A DNA stretch of 48,151 nt from contig NC_068989.1 in assembly GCF_001194135.2 (NCBI RefSeq), positions 29,198,317 to 29,246,467 of the forward strand, in the 5' to 3' direction. The notes under the pieces are model-generated. The model had not been told where the DNA came from. It was given only the letters and a program-made list of their open reading frames with translations, and did not search any database. Source of the stretch: Octopus bimaculoides. Its lineage: Eukaryota. This document shows, one piece after another, positions 35,632-47,106 of this stretch; within the stretch, counting starts at the first letter, position 1, and every line of letters begins with the position of its first letter. The position numbers and the translations under genes are program-made.

Positions 35632-36260
35632 TACAGGTGTAACTGTGTGGTAAGCAGTTGGTTTCCCAACCACATGTCTTTATGTTGTATTTGTCCAGCA
35701 ACACTGCTTGACAACCAGTGTTGATGTCTGTTCTACTTGTCCCCACAACTTCTTGGTTTGGCAAAAGAGACCAATAGGATGAGTTCCAGGTTAAAGAGTA
35801 ATAAGTACCGGGGTTGATTTGTTCAACTAAAATTCTTCAAGGTGGTGTCCCAACATGGCCACAGTTTAATGACTCCAACAAGTAAAATTGCATGTGTGTA
35901 TGTGTGACACCTTGGGAAAGTGTCTTTTACTATAGCCCTAGGATAACCAAAGTTTTGAGAGTGGATTTGGTAAACAGAAACAGAAAGAAATCTATTGTGT
36001 GTGTGTGTGTCTTTGTACCTCCTTGCCTTGGCAGTTGACACAACTGTTATGTCACAGTTGTGAGTGACACTCATTTAAGTGGTATCTTTCATTTCCAATC
36101 TTCTGTGTAAACATGTCCAGCGATGATGAAGAATTACCTTGCTTAGAAACAGTTATGGGTTGGTGACAGGAAGGTATAAGGCTATAAAACTCTGATTCAA
36201 TGAATTCTGCCTGACCTGTGTAAGTATGGATAAGTGGGCATTAAAAATGATACACATACA
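35632..36260 (+). mobile_element. Cluster of two CORE-type SINE copies
   Basis: tRNA-like head CTGTGTGGTAAGCAGTTGGTTTCCCAACCACATG...AATAAGTACCGGGGTTG at 35640-35890. A second copy CACCTTGGGAAAGTGTCTTTTACTATAG...GAGTGGATTTGG with a tail carrying GGGTTGGTGACAGGAAGG at 35900-36260. Confidence 0.75.
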
Positions 36261-39200
36261 TAAAACAAATAGATAGATAGATAGGCCAGCAGACAGATGG
36301 ACAGATAGAGAGATACATAAACTGTATAAAAAATCCAAGCTGGATCTTCTGTAAGCATTTTAGTAAATATTGGCCAACAAAGTGTGCATCTGTAGATGGT
36401 TTCTCTTAAAGAAAAAAAACCTATCCATCTAAACTGAAATTCTAGGTCAAATAGATTGTCATGTAGTATGAATATATTAAGTCAAAGCCTGGAATTTTAT
36501 GATATATTTAATCCTTTAATTATTGTCACTTCAACACAACATAGGAAAGACATTTCATGAATATAAATATATCAATATAAATATAAATGCATTCATAATA
36601 TCATACTAATACATCTATTATGGAGGGAGAGTGCTAAGCAGTGATAAGTAAAATTGTAATGTTATTTATTATCAGTCCAAATATGCTTGATGCACGTTCG
36701 AACTAGGGTACAAGTTACTCACTGCATTTTGTCATGGAGAATATATCTCACTTGTTGACAAATGGTGTGTATATACCTAGATCAGGTTGCAGCGCCACCT
36801 ACCTAGACTGTGAGATGCTAGCATTTCAGAGTAGTTATCTCCTATTCAGTCCTTAGGTGGACACTAGGCAGATGACTTTTAAACTTAAAGAAAGGATAGA
36901 TGTGTGTGTTTGCACACGCACGCAAGCACAGTGTAACTGATAACTATAGCTTCTAGCAATAATATCAAAGTACAGTTGATAGATATATAGAGCATTAACA
37001 CTTAAGTGCATTACAATGCCATTATTTGAAATATGTTCTCTGTACTCAATGATACAAACCTTAAATGCAATGTTTTCTTAATAGGTCCTGAAGAGTAGTG
37101 CCTATCATGCTAGAAAGAAAGTGAAGAGGTCACACTCTAATTGACATAGAATGTGAAGTATTAGGTCAAACCATTCAAAGATATGACATATCTAGCAAAC
37201 TGGAGTTGGAGTTTTGTTTCAACAATATCATTTGATTGGCTCTATTCATTGCTGTGGTAGGAAACAACTTATTTTGCATGTAAGTGCAAGCAGTTTTTCT
37301 AATTTTTAACACAGGTTTGAGCAAATCCAGAATATCGTTATGGTACTGTTTTGTCAAACAGAAGAATTGATAATTGTTACTAAAATTGGAATAGTAGTCA
37401 CAGTCAGTGTCAGCATCAATTAGATTAGTGATAGGAGAAGTTTATCCAAACTTCTATTGTTTATATTCAATAGCAGAATGTTCAAGGAACCCACTAAACC
37501 CATGATACTGCTGGCCTCTTTATCACTGAGCGAAAAACATAGCCTTCTACTCCACTGTTTTGAATGGTTACAATGAGGGAAGGGTCCTACCTGTGAAACA
37601 TTTATTCCAACACTTCAAGAATCAAATATCTCATGGAAATCAATAAAAATGAACTTAAAAGCATGGGGCTATTGGGTGGGTAGATGGAGATCAGAACAAT
37701 TTAGAAAACTAAAACATTAATTTAATATGAAAGAAATTAAATTTAATTTTAAGATTGAATCATATTACGGAGGTGAAGATAACCCTCATAGTTAAAAATA
37801 CACAATAGCGTGTATACTATTTGAGTTAGTTGTAAAGTACCTTCCAAAAACTTTTTCCACTTACTGATATCGGTGATCAGCACTTACATTATTTTTAGAA
37901 ATCCTTTCACAAATTCATAAACATATGAAACTAGAAAGTAAACTTTAATGAGGGTTTGGCTTCTTTCGTCGGCCCCAAACTTGTCGAGTCTTTGTTCACG
38001 TAATTGAAAAGTCATTTCTCAATGGTTCACTGTTTCTTGTGTATTTCAAATTAAATTGTAAAAGTAGTGATTTTAGGAATATAAGCTACAAGAACGATGT
38101 TATTCATTCAATACTGAACATATGGATAAATAACAAAATCCAACTTCAGTCTTTTGTGATAAATATGCATATTCTAAATACTTGTCATTCTTAATTGATA
38201 TCAGCATTCAGCTGATTGCTAAGCCCTGAATTTTAGTACACTCACGGTAAATATTTTAACATACAAAAGCCTCAATAATATGTATCTAAATGATGAATAA
38301 AAAAAATAATAATAATTTCCACAAATAATGGACGTTATCACAATTAGACCCTAAGAGGCACCCGACAGTGCAAGGCCAGTGGTCCATTTTCATTTAAGTG
38401 GGCACTGCTTCTTTCCACTTACAAGGACGAATAAGCAACAGTAATACAAAAAAAAAACACCTGCTCATGAGAATTATGAATCTTATGTTAACTTAGCACA
38501 ACTCCTCATCTTGCATATGATGCGCCATACACAAATAATTATTAGCGTAACTATAGAATTTGTATGTATGCGTGTAAAAGACTAATCAATACACGGTTTC
38601 TCCCCAGTATTTTATTTATTATAAAAGTTTTACTTAACTGCGCGCTTGTATCTAGTCTTCTTTAATCAGTTTTTTTTTTTAAAGTCGTTAATTTTGTTTG
38701 TTATCATGAAATCGTTATTATATCGGTAAACACAGTAGAGAGCCAAACTTATTTTTGATCCCACCTCTCTATCGCCAAATCCAACAAAAGTTCACTTGGC
38801 CTTTTATCCTTCAAAAGAGAGGTCGATAAATAAAGTACCAATAACGTATACGAATCGATTGATTCAGCTATATCTCTCACCGACATATATCTATGGCACT
38901 ATAGGAATAGAGAAATGATGAGGTAGGATCCCTGCTAGTGGAATTTTATAATTCAGATTTGATTCCGGTTGAAGCTAAGTGGCTTCATTTACGCCAGCCA
39001 ATACCACCCCCTCTAAAGTAAGAGTCCCATACGAGCGCTTGTGCCTTTATAGGAAATTAATACTTATGTAGAATAAAAGACGCTTTGGTGGGGGTTATAG
39101 ATAATGATGAATTTATTATATCACAGGAGGAACTATAAATATATCATACATGACCATAAAATAATTAGCAACCCAGCATTAATTATAAAAGTATATATTT

Positions 39201-39380
39201 ATAAAAGCAGCCCCTCTTTCTTTTTACACAGGAATGAACTTCACTACGGACTAACAGAAAATTGAATAATTTAAAGAAAATCATTAGTTTACAAGTTTTC
39301 TTTCATTTTTTAAATATTATTCTTGAATAGAATTTGAATCTTCCACTAAACTATATTCTTGAAAGGTTACTATATGTATG

Positions 39381-39435
<55 letters not shown>

Positions 39436-39837
39436 ATACACAATATATAAAGCAAAAAAAAAAAAATGAAAAAGTGAGCACATGTAAACGTGATGAGAGA
39501 AGGGAATAGTTAGAGTATATTGTGACACCTATTTTTTCTTTGCTTTTTGGAATCAAAAATGGTTTGGGACAATGTTCAACAGGTTAGTCACATGAAATTA
39601 AATAGGAAATCTTAAAAAGTCAACAGACAGACATTTAACCCGAAGAGAAAACGAACTTGCAATTTATAAAAATCTAAGCGATGAGTTTTATCTGAAAAAT
39701 AGATTAAGACAAATCGCAGTGTGTAAACACGCGCGCGCGCGCATACACACGACATTCTTTTTCTAGCTTTCGAGTTCCCTTTTCCTCGCCTTTCTTTAAT
39801 TCATCATCGGTTATTTTATACAGGGACAGAATCTTAC

Positions 39838-39862
39838 CTTTTTTTCTTTTAAATCTCATCAT
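39838..39862 (-). CDS. Candidate first coding exon segment of an unidentified host gene (MMRFKRKK + phase-1 donor)
   Basis: Minus strand reads TAGA ATG ATG AGA TTT AAA AGA AAA AAA G|GTAAGAT. A at -3, in-frame upstream stop near 39940, strong donor, lies in the CpG-rich zone about 330 bp from a CCAAT box. No downstream exon confirmed. Confidence 0.35.
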
Positions 39863-40166
39863 TCTAGAGCTGACAGTGTCCGAATACGATAGTATTAAAA
39901 ATAACAGAATCGGTACACAACATCCAGTGTAATTGTGTCAATGAGGAGAGATCCCCATAGTTGCGAGAAATTGTAAGCAGCTACAATAAGAAAATATATC
40001 CAGAAAGCCTACTTACTGCACGCGTACACGACGTAGGCACAGACAGAAACATACAAACACTCACAGAGCGACACACATTTAAAAGTAAACTTTCATTGAA
40101 TCATTGAAAGCTATTCGCTTTCTAAAATTGCAGTACGACGGATGCCTGTCAATCTCTAGTTGAAAA

Positions 40167-40226
40167 CCACACCCACTTATACTGATTGGTCAGATACTGT
40201 CATGTGATGTGGTGGAACTCTATAAA
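40167..40226 (-). promoter_or_regulatory. Candidate core promoter: CCAAT box, TATA-like and CACCC elements
   Basis: Minus strand has CTGACCAATCAG (40193-40182, NF-Y consensus), then TATAAG (40181-40176) and GTGGGTGTGG (to 40167). E-box CATGTG at 40201 and a plus-strand TATAAA at 40221. The zone retains CpG. Confidence 0.45.
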
Positions 40227-41229
40227 CACGATTGCTATCACTCGTTCACACACACACACAAAATAAACAACCAACCTTGTCAGATATTTTCAATGTTTGT
40301 TGTTTTGTCATCTTTAACAGCAGGTGTAGCGAGCACTTCTGTTATAAGAATTCATTAGGAATGGACAAGTTTTCGTCATACCGTCCACATGTAACTTATC
40401 ACATTTCTTTTTACCTTCCTCCCCTTCTCTCTCTCTCTGCTATTCAGTTTATCTCCACTTCTCTCTAACTTCCCCTCTTAAGCAACTTCGTGATTGTCAC
40501 ATTTTATATGTTCAGAGCGAGATCAAAGTGAAAATATCACAGAGTTGTAACTCCGCAATACCACATCAAGAGGTTAAAATAGTAAGGGGAATTTAAGTGA
40601 GCAGATGTGGAGACAATAATTCATATAGATAGTTCTGCAGAAGAACCTTTCGAAGTTAAATAAATTGCGGCTTTGTCTCATTCACACAGTTATTTAATGG
40701 ATAGCATTTTGCTCACTGTGCGACTTACTAGAAATAACAGCCAAATCTCAGATAACTACCCAACCTATGGGTCTGTACAATCACCGCTGTTAAATCTGCG
40801 ACTTAGGTTATTTGCAACATGTGCAAACATAACATTTTCAATAAACTGATGAAGTAGCGATGACAACCTACCATCGATGGTGTCCCTTGTATTACTCAGA
40901 AACGAAATACAACTTTTTATACCTGTTTCTAGTTGTCTTACAATAGATCTTGAACCATATGTTAATCTTTGATGACGCAAACATTAGCAACAAACAAATT
41001 TTTATTGCTTGGTAGAGGAGATTCATCAAACAGAGCTGAAAATGAAAACAAAAAAATGGGGCTTGTGTTCGAAATGTACCATGAGAGAAGGTGTGAGTAG
41101 ACATTTGAAAGGAAAGTTTGCTTGTGAGTATTTTGAAATGTGGGATACATACAAAATGTGGGAAAATACCGAAAGAAATTAGAGAAAGACCGACAAGTAT
41201 ATAATTAAATGCCTTTAAAGAAAATCATA

Positions 41230-41427
41230 ATTCTTTTACTTGTTTCAGTCATTAGACTGTGGCCATGCTGGAACTTGAAATGTTTAGGCAAATAATCGAC
41301 CCCAATACTTATTTTTTAAGCCTGGTACTTATTCCATAAGTCTCTTTTGCCGAACCGCCAAGATATGGGAATACAAACACACCAACACCGGTTGTCTAGT
41401 GGTATAGTGTAGTGGTGGTGGGAGCAA

Positions 41428-41466
<39 letters not shown>

Positions 41467-41640
41467 CACACGACGGGTTACTTTCAGTTTTCGTTTACCA
41501 AATCCACTCACAAAACTTTGGTTGACCCACAACTACAGTAGAAGACACTTGCTCAAGATGCCACACAGTTTGACTAAACCTAGAACCATGTAGTAGGGAA
41601 GCAAATTTCTTACCACAGAGCCACGCCCGAGCCTATGATA
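41230..41640 (-). mobile_element. Near-full-length CORE-type SINE with CpGs retained
   Basis: Reverse complement GGCTCGGGCGTGGCTCTGTGGTAAGAAATTTGCTTCCC...CATCTTGAGCAAGTGTCTTCTAC...GTGAGTGGATTTGG...(TA)(TG)...GAATAAGTACCAGGC...GGGGTCGAT...CAGCATGGCCACAGTC. Confidence 0.88.
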
Positions 41641-42151
41641 GAATTTAAAATATATAAATCAGAAAAAATTGTTGAAAATACTGAAAATCAAAAGAGTTGG
41701 ACAAGTTAAATGATGAGTTCCAATTAGAACTTCACTACAGTTACGTTGTGTACTTCTTATGATACTCCACTAATTCTAAAAAGAAAAATTATACAATTTA
41801 CATTTATAACTGTTCATGTAATCAATTTACGAGTCCATTAGGTCGAACCTATATTTAAAGCAAATATACAAAGGCAAATTCTAAAGTTTGTTTGACAGAA
41901 AATTTACACTAATACTAATATTACAGGCATCAGGAATGTGCTAAAATAATTGTACAGTTCTTTACTTACAACAAAAGTCAAAATATCAATTATAGACGAT
42001 ATGAATTTCTTAACTTTACATTAAAAGTACAATCTCAAAACAACAGTTGTGTGAAATATATCAAGTTGAAATTGCAAATGATTTGTTTAGTGAAAGTAAT
42101 CTCTCTCATCAAACTATTATTAAATAATTATATATATATATATATATATAT

Positions 42152-42730
42152 ATCATCATCATCATCATTTAACGTCCGGTTTCCATGCTAGCATGGGTTG
42201 GACGATTCGACTGAGGAATGGCAAGCCAGAAGGCTGCACCAGGATTCAATCTGATCTGGCAGAGTTTCTACAGCTGGATGCCCTTCCTAACACCAACCAC
42301 TCCGAGAGTGTAGTGAGTGCTTTTACCGGCACTAGGGCCAGTCACACAGTACTGGCAACGGCCTCATTCAAAAGGTGTTTTTTACGTGCCACCTGCACAG
42401 CAGCCAGTCCAGCGGCACTGGCAACGACCTTGCTCGAATGATTTTCTAACGTGCCACCAGCACAAGTGCTAGAAAGCGACGCTGGTAACGATTACACTCA
42501 ATTGGTGCTATTTACGGGCCACTAGCACGGAAGCCAGACAGCTGCTCTCGCAATGAACATCCTTTGACAGTGCTGTTAGTGCTCCACTGGTGCAGGTGCC
42601 AGTCATCGAATATGGTTCGATTTCGATTTCGATTTCACTTGCCCCAACAGGTCTTCACAAGCAGAGTTTAGTTTCCAATGAAGGAGAGGTTGGCATGGGT
42701 GCCAGTAGTCGGATTCGGTTTGGATTTGGT
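42152..42730 (-). mobile_element. Long 3'-UTR copy of the RTE LINE ending in (GAT)n, inserted next to (TA)n
   Basis: 42450-42720 is the reverse complement of the RTE 3' UTR at about 29370-29575. It continues through four modules to the family core and (CAT)n. Confidence 0.9.
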
Positions 42731-42899
42731 TTGCAAGATTCTTTATGTGTGTTTGTGTGTTGAAGCATATTCTGTTGTGTCTGGGGAGAGTAATTTTCTT
42801 TTTGTGCCTTATAATTTAACACACTTACTGGTAAAATTTCCACTTATTTCTTATTTTTATTTTCCTAAAATTTTCATCGCGACTTGCAACCTTTTCCAT

Positions 42900-43207
42900 N
42901 NNNNNNNNNNNNNNNNNNNNNNNNNNNNNNNNNNNNNNNNNNNNNNNNNNNNNNNNNNNNNNNNNNNNNNNNNNNNNNNNNNNNNNNNNNNNNNNNNNNN
43001 NNNNNNNNNNNNNNNNNNNNNNNNNNNNNNNNNNNNNNNNNNNNNNNNNNNNNNNNNNNNNNNNNNNNNNNNNNNNNNNNNNNNNNNNNNNNNNNNNNNN
43101 NNNNNNNNNNNNNNNNNNNNNNNNNNNNNNNNNNNNNNNNNNNNNNNNNNNNNNNNNNNNNNNNNNNNNNNNNNNNNNNNNNNNNNNNNNNNNNNNNNNN
43201 NNNNNNN
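42900..43207. other. Assembly gap (N run)
   Basis: N run. Confidence 1.
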
Positions 43208-44159
43208 ATATAGAGTTATTAATATTTCTAAGTCTCATATATATATATAAAAGGAGCAAAAATAGTGGAGATTCAGTATACATATAAAAATATGTGTGCA
43301 TATTTAGACGTGTTTTCCACATATTTTCAATCTATATATATACATACATAAACACAGATGTGCATGTAAATTATAAACACAAGTTATCGTTACACAAAAA
43401 TGATATCATTTGTTTGCAAATCATCTGCAAAAGATTGTCTGGCCACTGAGTTGTTCACTACTAAAGCACAAAGGGAAATATTACTTTACTCAGAAACGAA
43501 TGAGAGTTGATGACAAGAAGCGCCTCCAGCTGTAGGAAAATTTACTCCAACAATACTTGTCTGACCACGTTGGTGATATGTGTGTCTTTCTCTTATATAT
43601 GCATACAGTAAAAGATTTGAACTTGAAACTTGTGTCTATAAATTAGGAGTAAATAATATTTTGATCTACGCACTCTCAACCTATTACCTCAAAAGAATTA
43701 TACTTACATTAACAACTCATTTCAGACAAATTAGTTTTTATAATGAAACAGAACTGCAATACATAACTAATGGATTCCAATGAAGTTCAGAAGAAAAAGT
43801 CAAAATACGACACCTTTTATATATATATATAAAGAAATTAAAGTAGGAAAATGCATACACCTTACATAGATTTAATATAATTATTTTCAATATATCTGGT
43901 GGGGGGAGTGATATATACACAAAAATTCAAAAACTAGAGTAGTGGGGAGAATATGTATAGTGATGGGTATGTAATCGTGAATTAAAATATGTATAGAGAT
44001 CAAAGTTGGTTATGTGTCCATATTTAGACGTGTTCTGTATTTGTCAATGAATAAATTTTCTTTATTTAAACGTTCTTGTAAAGAAATTGTATCTTTGCAT
44101 TGGTAGAAGGGGAAAACAGTGAAATTTGGTTTGATGTTACCTGCACATCTCTCTATGTG

Positions 44160-44750
44160 TTCACTTAAAGGAATTTGTCTGTTTTATAGGGGACTGGATC
44201 TGCTCTTTATGTAGTGTGGTTCTCCATCTCAATGTCATACTCGTCTGTCCTATATAGTGATGTCCACAACCCAAGCAGGTTATTACATAAATTAGATTCT
44301 CAGAGGTACAAGTGAAGTTGGTTTTAATTGTGAACCTCTCTCCTTGTTTGAAAAAGAAATCCGAGCCTTCAAATAGGTTGGGGCATGTTCCACAGTTTGG
44401 GCGTCCACATGTTTTAACCAATGGATTCATGGTTGTTGTGTAAAGCTTCACATTTGTTAGAAATTTCTTTAATGATTTGTGTTGCTTTTTACAATTGATG
44501 AATTTATGTGCTTTCAGGATGTTGTTCATTTTTTAGTCTCTAGTTAGTAAAGGGAGATTTTGCACAATAGTGTTGTATGCTTCATTGTTTCTAGGATTGT
44601 GAGTTGATAAATAACGTAGTGTTTTGAGATGAGGTGTGGTGTTATTTTTTGTTGTCCTTAGTGTTTCTGTGTCTAATTTCTTGGCACGCTTAATTCCATC
44701 ATCTATAAGTGAGGGTCGATATTGTCTTTCAGTTAGTGTTGCTCTGAGGT
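44160..44750 (-). mobile_element. Penelope-like element: RT C-terminus plus GIY-YIG endonuclease
   Basis: LTERQYRPSLIDDGIKRAKK...STHNPRN...VKTCGRPNCGTCPNL...FTCTSENLIYVITCLGCGHHYIGQTSMTLRWRTTLHK. Confidence 0.9.
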
Positions 44751-45404
44751 CTTGAAGATGAAGGTCCCGAGTTACAAAGCTCAGTTTAAAAGAGACTACA
44801 CTTCAGATAACCCCTTCCTGAAAAAATCTAGAACAAGTACATCTACAGAAATAAATACACCTCCACCTAGATCAAACTATAAACATCCAAAAGAACACAA
44901 ACACACAAAACTGACTTCTCACCTGGAAATAAACCATTTTCAATCTAGTAATAGGGACAACTCACTAATAAGAAACCAGCCTAGGATTAGGAGTAATTTT
45001 TTCTCCCTAGCAACTAGAAACATCCTCTACCCCTCAACGAAGAAACTCAACCTATTTACCCATACAGTATAACCAACTCCTCAACATCCCAAACATAATT
45101 AAGCACCCCAGCAATCCCAATATAATTTTAATCTTTTAAGTTGTTTTCCTCTCTTTGAGGTCCTGCTGGGGCACTGCATTAAAGGTTTAGTTGATCAAGC
45201 TGACCCTAGAATTTATTTAAAGTCTAGGACTTATCCTATCAGTCTATTTTTGCAGTAAGATACAGGGGTGTGAACAAAGTAAGAGTTGTCAGACAGTAAA
45301 AGTCAAATGCAACCACAAAGATACATACATATATGAACATTTATATATGTATTCTTAAACATATTTAATATGCACACACACACACTGACACATATCACAA
45401 TCAT

Positions 45405-45590
45405 TATCATTAACATTCATATTCCATGCTAGCAGGGGTTGCACAGTCTGATAGGAGCTGGCAAATCAGAAATCTGCACCAGGCTCCACTGCCTGCTTTG
45501 GCATGGTTGCTACGGCTGGATGCCCTTTCTAACAAACTATAATGGGTGCTTTTTACATGGGATCAACACTGGCAAAGTCACTAAGTAACT
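45405..45590 (-). mobile_element. Diverged (GAT)n-tailed repeat
   Basis: ATCATTAACATTC...CCATGCTAGCAGGGG...CACCAGGCTCC...GGCTGGATGCCCTTTCT. Confidence 0.7.
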
Positions 45591-45939
45591 TCCAAAATAA
45601 AGACCTTATGACTGAGAAGGGGAGTAGTATTGAGGGAAGTAGCTTTGTGATGGTTGTGAAGTTAAAGTATAAGAGAGGGATAGAAATAGATGTCTTCCTA
45701 TCGAAAGATACTTGTAGCAAGACACCTATTTCTAACCCTCTATTATCTTACATACAATGAAATGCAATGTGTGTCTCATTGGTCATGCAAGGAAAAGAAG
45801 AGTAAAACAACAAAAGGAGTGGGAGTGGGCACAGCATTCAAAGGTGTTTTAGCTCTGAAAACGCTGATATTTTAACCAAATATTTAGAGAGAGAGAGAGA
45901 GAGGAGTGTCTATATATATATAAATGTATTTAGCAATAT

Positions 45940-46375
45940 CAAAGGCAGGTTAACTAGGAAGTTAGTTTTTGTATGTGGCAGATGTTCAGGAGCAATAAAC
46001 ACTGAAAATATGCAGAAAACAACTTCTAGTAGTGGGGGAGGGTGCACTGAAAGTGTAGCTGCTACAATAAGAATAGCCTGGGCAAAGTTCAGTGAGCTCT
46101 TACTGCTGCTGGCGACAAAGGGCCTCTCGCTCAGAGTAAAAGGAAGACTGTATGATGCATGTGTACAAATGGCAGCGAAACATGGGCCTTGACTGCTGAG
46201 GACATGCGTAAGCTCGCAAGGAATGAAGCCAGTATTCTCCGATGGATGAGTAATGTCAGTGTGCATACTCGACAGAGTGTAAGTATCTTGAGAGAAAAGT
46301 TGAACCTAAGAAGCATCAGTTGTGGTGTGAAAGAGAGACGATTGCGCTGGTATGGACATGTGGCGAGAATGGATG
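45940..46375 (+). mobile_element. 5'-truncated RTE LINE fragment running into a gap
   Basis: GRLTRKLVFVCGRCSGAINTE, then SSGGGCTESVAATIRIAWAKFSELL...RVKGRLYDACV, RKLARNEASILRWM...RRLRWYGHVARMD. Same family as 27450-29575. Confidence 0.92.
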
Positions 46376-47106
46376 NNNNNNNNNNNNNNNNNNNNNNNNN
46401 NNNNNNNNNNNNNNNNNNNNNNNNNNNNNNNNNNNNNNNNNNNNNNNNNNNNNNNNNNNNNNNNNNNNNNNNNNNNNNNNNNNNNNNNNNNNNNNNNNNN
46501 NNNNNNNNNNNNNNNNNNNNNNNNNNNNNNNNNNNNNNNNNNNNNNNNNNNNNNNNNNNNNNNNNNNNNNNNNNNNNNNNNNNNNNNNNNNNNNNNNNNN
46601 NNNNNNNNNNNNNNNNNNNNNNNNNNNNNNNNNNNNNNNNNNNNNNNNNNNNNNNNNNNNNNNNNNNNNNNNNNNNNNNNNNNNNNNNNNNNNNNNNNNN
46701 NNNNNNNNNNNNNNNNNNNNNNNNNNNNNNNNNNNNNNNNNNNNNNNNNNNNNNNNNNNNNNNNNNNNNNNNNNNNNNNNNNNNNNNNNNNNNNNNNNNN
46801 NNNNNNNNNNNNNNNNNNNNNNNNNNNNNNNNNNNNNNNNNNNNNNNNNNNNNNNNNNNNNNNNNNNNNNNNNNNNNNNNNNNNNNNNNNNNNNNNNNNN
46901 NNNNNNNNNNNNNNNNNNNNNNNNNNNNNNNNNNNNNNNNNNNNNNNNNNNNNNNNNNNNNNNNNNNNNNNNNNNNNNNNNNNNNNNNNNNNNNNNNNNN
47001 NNNNNNNNNNNNNNNNNNNNNNNNNNNNNNNNNNNNNNNNNNNNNNNNNNNNNNNNNNNNNNNNNNNNNNNNNNNNNNNNNNNNNNNNNNNNNNNNNNNN
47101 NNNNNA
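46376..47106. other. Assembly gap (N run)
   Basis: N run, probably hiding the RTE 3' UTR. Confidence 1.

Noticed and set aside
23510-37600. Minus-strand AG|GT motifs (about 23518, 24050, 37590) as recursive splice sites
   Set aside because: Pyrimidine tracts are short or absent, and the frequency is compatible with chance.
40765-40980. 71-aa minus ORF upstream of the candidate promoter
   Set aside because: Non-ATG start closed by an immediate upstream stop, with no recognisable domain.
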